A stretch of 36,573 nt of DNA from positions 1 through 36,573 of the forward strand of contig CAZLCQ010000002.1 in assembly GCA_964557995.1 (NCBI GenBank), written 5' to 3'. Position 1 is the stretch's first letter. Each line of letters starts with the position of its first letter. This DNA is from an uncultured Dehalococcoidales bacterium (GTDB taxonomy: Bacteria > Chloroflexota > Dehalococcoidia > GIF9 > AB-539-J10). Of this stretch, positions 33,012 through 36,573 are shown piece after piece. The translations under genes were made by a program, and so were the position numbers. Under the pieces are notes generated by a model, which worked only from the letters and a program-made list of their open reading frames with translations, made no database searches and was not told the DNA's origin.

Positions 33012-33782
33012 ATGATAATAAGATTCCTGGGGACACATAATGCGGAGTCAAAGAACACCAGGCTCGTGTCTTTCCTTATTGATGACGTCCTCGCTGTAGA
33101 CGCTGGCAGCCTGGTTTCAGAACTAACGTTCCCCGAGCAGAAGAAGATAAAGGCGATATTGCTTTCTCATGGTCATTATGATCATATCAGGGCGGTCCCG
33201 GCCTTTGCCTTCAACAATCCTGACCGCACTACCAAAGTCATCGCCACTGCGAAGACTCTTGAAATTCTGTCCTCACACCTGATTGATGGCGTAGTCTACC
33301 CCAAATTCACCAGCGAGGCTTCATTCCTTCAGAAGGCAACCATTAATCTAGTCCCATTGGAAGTCTTCAAGTCGCAGAAGATAGAAGGTCATGAAGTCAG
33401 AGCACTACCTGTGCGACATAACCTTGACGGCGTGGGTTTCGAAATAACTTCTGGCGACGGAAAGACCTTGTTCTATACGGGCGATACCGGTCCGGGGCTG
33501 TCCTCCGTGTGGAGCAAGATATCTCCGCAGCTGATGATAGTTGATCTCACCTGGCCTAATAGTCTGGCCGATGCAGCTAAGGACGCTGGTCACCTTTGTC
33601 CGCAGATGCTCAGAGAGGAGTTGATCGAGTTCCGTCAAGCAAATGGCTATCTACCAAAGGTTACTGCAATCCACACGAGTCCGCAACACGAGCCCGAGAT
33701 AGAGAGAGAAGTCGGAGAAGTGGCCAGACTGTTGGGCACCTCGATTGATATTGCCCACGAGGGTGACAAGCTTACCCTATAG
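33012..33782 (+). CDS. MBL-fold metallo-hydrolase (class-II cyclic-nucleotide phosphodiesterase / RNase Z / PhnP-like)
   Basis: 'MIIRFLGTHNAES.NTRLVSFLIDDVLAVDAGSL', 'ILLSHGHYDHIRAVP', 'FYTGDTGP' and 'GHLCPQMLREEL'. ATG 33012, with GAGGTGA 5 nt upstream, is preferred over the track's GTG 33003. Confidence 0.8.
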   Translation: MIIRFLGTHNAESKNTRLVSFLIDDVLAVDAGSLVSELTFPEQKKIKAILLSHGHYDHIRAVPAFAFNNPDRTTKVIATAKTLEILSSHLIDGVVYPKFTSEASFLQKATINLVPLEVFKSQKIEGHEVRALPVRHNLDGVGFEITSGDGKTLFYTGDTGPGLSSVWSKISPQLMIVDLTWPNSLADAAKDAGHLCPQMLREELIEFRQANGYLPKVTAIHTSPQHEPEIEREVGEVARLLGTSIDIAHEGDKLTL

Positions 33783-33860
33783 TATAAATACGCAGCTACT
33801 TATAGCTCACGGGTTGCTTGACAGTAAGAGGGGCAACTTCGAGTCAAGGGGTTGTTTTTC

Positions 33861-34682
33861 TTAATCCTCGGCCTCTGTCCAGTAACCAAAAGCCGATCCA
33901 AGCTTGTCCTGCAGTTTTCTGGTCTTGATGAAGGCTTCAAAGAAAGTTTTGCAGTCATCAAGCATTGTCTGGGCATATATTATGGCCTTGGGCAAGTCTT
34001 CATCAGGTGTACTGGATGCTCTACCATGACCGGGATAGATCTGCTTAACCTTCAGATTGCTCAAACGCCGGATCGAATTCACATAGTCGCTGACATTACC
34101 GCCTACAGCTATCTCCGACAGAGTACCTCCAGAAAATACCGTATCGCCGGTGAACAGCAATCCAGCTCCTGGCTCATATAAGCAGATGCACCCCGAGGTG
34201 TGCCCAGGCGTATGTAGTACCTGAAGCTCGTAATTCCCGAGGTCAATCATAGAACCGTCCTCCAGCCACACATCTACCCAGAATGGCTTACTTGGCTGGT
34301 CGTGGTATTTCCTGAAGGTGACAAATTCATCCTGTAACTCCACTTTGTTGGCCGCCAAACGGTGGGCTGCTACTACAGCAGTCCGGTGGAAGAAGGCAGT
34401 AGCACCAATATGGTCGTAATGTTCGTGTGTTAGAATAATCAGATTTACGTCCTTTACACGCAGGCCTGCTTCAGTAAGTCGACGCTTTAAGACGGGGAAT
34501 TTGCCGGCAACCCCGGTATCAATAAGAACATTCTTGGTATCACCCTTGATAAGATAGACATGACTTCCAGGCTTCTCGCCACGAAGCTGCCATATTCCCG
34601 GTGCCAACTCAATTACCTTGGATGGTTCCGGTTGCACTTCAGCCTTAGCTTGCACTCCACGGTTAAGCGACTTCTCTTTCAC
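33861..34682 (-). CDS. MBL-fold metallo-hydrolase (glyoxalase-II-like)
   Basis: 273 aa. 'NVLIDTG', 'LIILTHEHYDHIGA', 'LHTPGHTSGCICLY', 'LFTGDTVF' and 'IYPGHG'. The GTG start lies 2 nt after the stop of the upstream cNMP-binding gene. Confidence 0.85.
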   Translation of the reverse strand: MKEKSLNRGVQAKAEVQPEPSKVIELAPGIWQLRGEKPGSHVYLIKGDTKNVLIDTGVAGKFPVLKRRLTEAGLRVKDVNLIILTHEHYDHIGATAFFHRTAVVAAHRLAANKVELQDEFVTFRKYHDQPSKPFWVDVWLEDGSMIDLGNYELQVLHTPGHTSGCICLYEPGAGLLFTGDTVFSGGTLSEIAVGGNVSDYVNSIRRLSNLKVKQIYPGHGRASSTPDEDLPKAIIYAQTMLDDCKTFFEAFIKTRKLQDKLGSAFGYWTEAED

Positions 34683-34684
34683 GG

Positions 34685-35149
34685 TTAGGGTCCTTCAGGA
34701 GATAATCGTTTATCCATTTTCCGCAGCCTCCGACACAAAGTATGCATGAGACTAAGGGCGAATTCTGGCTGTTGTCGCACCATGAACAGGAATCTGCTCC
34801 TATCCATGACAATCAACTCGGTGTCATCCTCAACGGCCGAGGCAGTAGCTGACCGTGGGGAGTCATCCACCAGAGCCATTTCACCGAAGAAATCACCGGG
34901 ATTCAGAACGACCAGCGGGACCTGTTGAGTCTCGTCCCGCCGAACCGAGAGCAGTACCTTCCCGCTGTGAATGAGATACATCTCACTGCCGGTGCTTCCT
35001 TGTTCAAAGATGATCTCGGATTTCCCGTATCTTTGGAGGGATTTGGGTAAGGTTGAAGTCTCGTCTACTCTATCCTCCGCCATAGTCGTATCCTGCCTAA
35101 CACCATAAGAAGGGCCTGCTTTGCTGCGTTGGATTCCTTTCATTCCCAA
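34685..35149 (-). CDS. Stand-alone cyclic-nucleotide-binding domain protein (no HTH or effector domain)
   Basis: 'IIFEQGSTGSEMYLIHSGKVLLSV........VVLNPGDFFGEMALVDDSPRSATASAVEDDTELIVMDRSRF' carries the canonical 'FGE...R(S/T)A' phosphate-binding cassette. The real start may be the internal ATG at 35083 (MAEDRVDE...). Confidence 0.85.
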   Translation of the reverse strand: MGMKGIQRSKAGPSYGVRQDTTMAEDRVDETSTLPKSLQRYGKSEIIFEQGSTGSEMYLIHSGKVLLSVRRDETQQVPLVVLNPGDFFGEMALVDDSPRSATASAVEDDTELIVMDRSRFLFMVRQQPEFALSLMHTLCRRLRKMDKRLSPEGP

Positions 35150-35161
35150 GATAGAACCCTA

Positions 35162-35190
35162 TTGACACGCCGATTGCTCACAAGTATTAT
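35162..35190 (+). promoter_or_regulatory. Candidate promoter with a long (~215 nt) leader for the FecR-domain lipoprotein
   Basis: TTGACA (35162-35167), a 17-nt spacer and TATTAT (35185-35190). The leader contains the inverted repeats CCAATGC/GCATTGG (35237-35263) and GCTGCT/AGCAGC (35361-35383). Confidence 0.4.
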
Positions 35191-35411
35191 GCTACACAGG
35201 GCGATACTCTGTCTCTCCCATACCAATATACAGTCCAATGCCAGTGGGATTATCGCATTGGCAACCAAAGAAGTCAAAACCAGCCGCGAGGAAGCGAAGT
35301 TGTCTATCAGAACAATGAAGACATTGCATATAAACAATAGACAGCCTCGGGAGCCTATGTTGCTGCTAACACACTCTCAGCAGCTACGGGAGGCCCACCA
35401 TAGCTAACAGA

Positions 35412-36311
35412 TTGTTATCAATACTTGCTCCTACTATTCTGATGGGCTCAACGGTGGTCGGCTGCGGCGGGGGTTCGTCAACTCCATCTACGCTCACCAC
35501 ACTGTCAGCAATCGATGGGGATGTATCCGTAATGGAGGCAGGTACGGATAGTTGGACAGAAGGAGAGGTCGGGATGTCTCTAGAAGACGGCGATGTTGTA
35601 AAGACTGGTGACGATTCTAGCGCCGAAATCACTTTCTTTGACGGCAGTACTATCGAATTACAGCCTGGCACGGAAGTCGAAATTGCCTCACTCGATATCG
35701 CGGATAGCGGTTACGCAACCATCAGTATTGAACAGACAATAGGTGCCACAATAAGTCGGGTGGCAAATATTATTGACCCAGCATCGAGCTACGAAGTTGA
35801 GACAGCCACCGGTGCAGCTGCGGTCAGGGGCAGTGTCATGGTAGTTTGCGTCACCGAAGAAGGCACAAGTTGGGTAGCTAATCAGCAAGGGAATATATGG
35901 ACCAGGGCGCAGGGTGTGGAACTACAGGTCCCTGAGAAGCGAAAATGCATTCTTAATCCGCTTGTGCCGCCCGAACTAATGCCGCCGAACCGTCCGCCAC
36001 TGGCACGAGACGATGCCGCCATTACCAGGGAGCATGACCCAGTGACTGTCATGTTTCCGGGAGTGTTGGCTAATGATTTGGATCCCGATCCTTACGATCT
36101 ACTACCTGTAACGGCAGTGGATACGAGTTCGACTGTGGGTGAACTCGTACGTTGGGGCCCGCGTGGTGTCTTCACCTATGATCCTAATGGGCACTTCGAT
36201 TACTTGCAGGCTGGTGAGTCAGCCACTGATAGTTTCACCTACACAGTAGCCGATGCCGTTGGCGACACCGATACCGCCACCGTGACCATTACCATTATTG
36301 GTGTCGACTAA
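35412..36311 (+). CDS. Lipoprotein with an N-terminal FecR-like domain and a C-terminal VCBS/cadherin-like repeat; apparently truncated by a frameshift
   Basis: TTG start; lipobox 'STVVGC' followed by 'GGGSS'. FecR-like region: 'DGDVSVMEAGTDSWTEGEVGMSLEDGDVVKTGDDSSAEITFFDGSTIELQPGTEVEI'. C-terminal repeat: 'ARDDAAIT.....V...VLANDLDPD...L.VTAVD........V.....G.FTYDPNGHFDYLQAGESATDSFTYTVADAVGDTDTATVTITIIGV'. Confidence 0.75.
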   Translation: MLSILAPTILMGSTVVGCGGGSSTPSTLTTLSAIDGDVSVMEAGTDSWTEGEVGMSLEDGDVVKTGDDSSAEITFFDGSTIELQPGTEVEIASLDIADSGYATISIEQTIGATISRVANIIDPASSYEVETATGAAAVRGSVMVVCVTEEGTSWVANQQGNIWTRAQGVELQVPEKRKCILNPLVPPELMPPNRPPLARDDAAITREHDPVTVMFPGVLANDLDPDPYDLLPVTAVDTSSTVGELVRWGPRGVFTYDPNGHFDYLQAGESATDSFTYTVADAVGDTDTATVTITIIGVD

Positions 36312-36510
36312 TGATGCGAAACGTGTGGATTCCGGCGCCAGCTTGGACAACATCAGCGTAGGCGAGAACCAGGCTCGCGGTACCACGGTGGGCAGCTTTC
36401 GGACCATCTATTCACACACGGCGAGGCCTTCGCCTATGGTCTGGAGAAAGGTTACCTCTGGCGGGGTAGTTTCCTTCTGCTTGCGGAATACAATCCTATT
36501 GACATTCTGA
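36298..36510 (+). pseudogene. Out-of-frame continuation of the adhesin-like gene (decayed cadherin/VCBS-like repeat)
   Basis: The +1 frame after 36311 reads '..NDAKRVDSGASLDNISVGENQARGTTVGSFRT', a canonical cadherin-like repeat start. From about 36405 a further frame reads 'GEAFAYGLEKG', matching the usual 'GDxFTYSLxxG' that follows. This implies at least two frame changes within 200 nt. Confidence 0.45.
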
Positions 36511-36573
36511 TCATAGTAGAGTATCCTATAGTATGATAAAGTACCTTAGTCCGTTGATACTAATGTACCGTCC

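Overview
This is a 36.6-kb, gene-dense bacterial chromosomal window of roughly 50% GC by eye.

**Core region (about 1-29.5 kb).** This part is housekeeping:
- alaS, partial and running off the left edge. It is absent from the ORF track and was found by manual translation.
- Two tandem acyl-CoA dehydrogenases.
- A pyrG-tal-rho unit and an HtrA-type protease.
- A ten-gene same-strand block: rpsF-ssb-rpsR-rpmH-rnpA-yidD-(beta-propeller lipoprotein)-yidC-jag-ileS. rpmH is a 46-aa gene missed by the ORF track.
- thiL-tsaE-tsaB-(hotdog/HAD fusion)-ndk, then rsfS and ftsH.
- rsmI-(Zn-ribbon ORF)-metG and an IMPDH-family gene.
- A tRNA-Thr(CGU) that appears to lead a two-gene unit (unknown 256-aa protein plus a LysE-type exporter).

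**Accessory-looking region (about 29.5-36.6 kb).**
- Four paralogous small secreted or lipoproteins, each built on one InlB-B-repeat-like domain. One carries a 'CFIATAAYG...LREFRDEYLL' C-terminal module.
- The first and fourth of these genes have homologous duplicated upstream regions.
- Two unusually long non-coding gaps (579 and 482 nt).
- Two MBL-fold hydrolases and a stand-alone cyclic-nucleotide-binding protein.
- A FecR-domain/VCBS-like lipoprotein whose continuation is frameshifted near the right edge.

**Not found.** I saw no rRNA, CRISPR array, transposase, integrase or recognisable defence or toxin-antitoxin system.

**Lineage.** The short YidC, many lipobox proteins, B-repeat lipoproteins and extended -10 promoters weakly suggest a monoderm Chloroflexota/Dehalococcoidia-like organism. 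This is inference only.

**Best candidates for something undescribed.** These are the B-repeat lipoprotein family with its duplicated upstream element and CFI-type module, the BamB-like propeller embedded in the yidD-yidC operon, the asymmetric ACAD pair, and the tRNA-led operon.

**Limits.** All family calls rest on motifs read by eye. No searches or folding were run.
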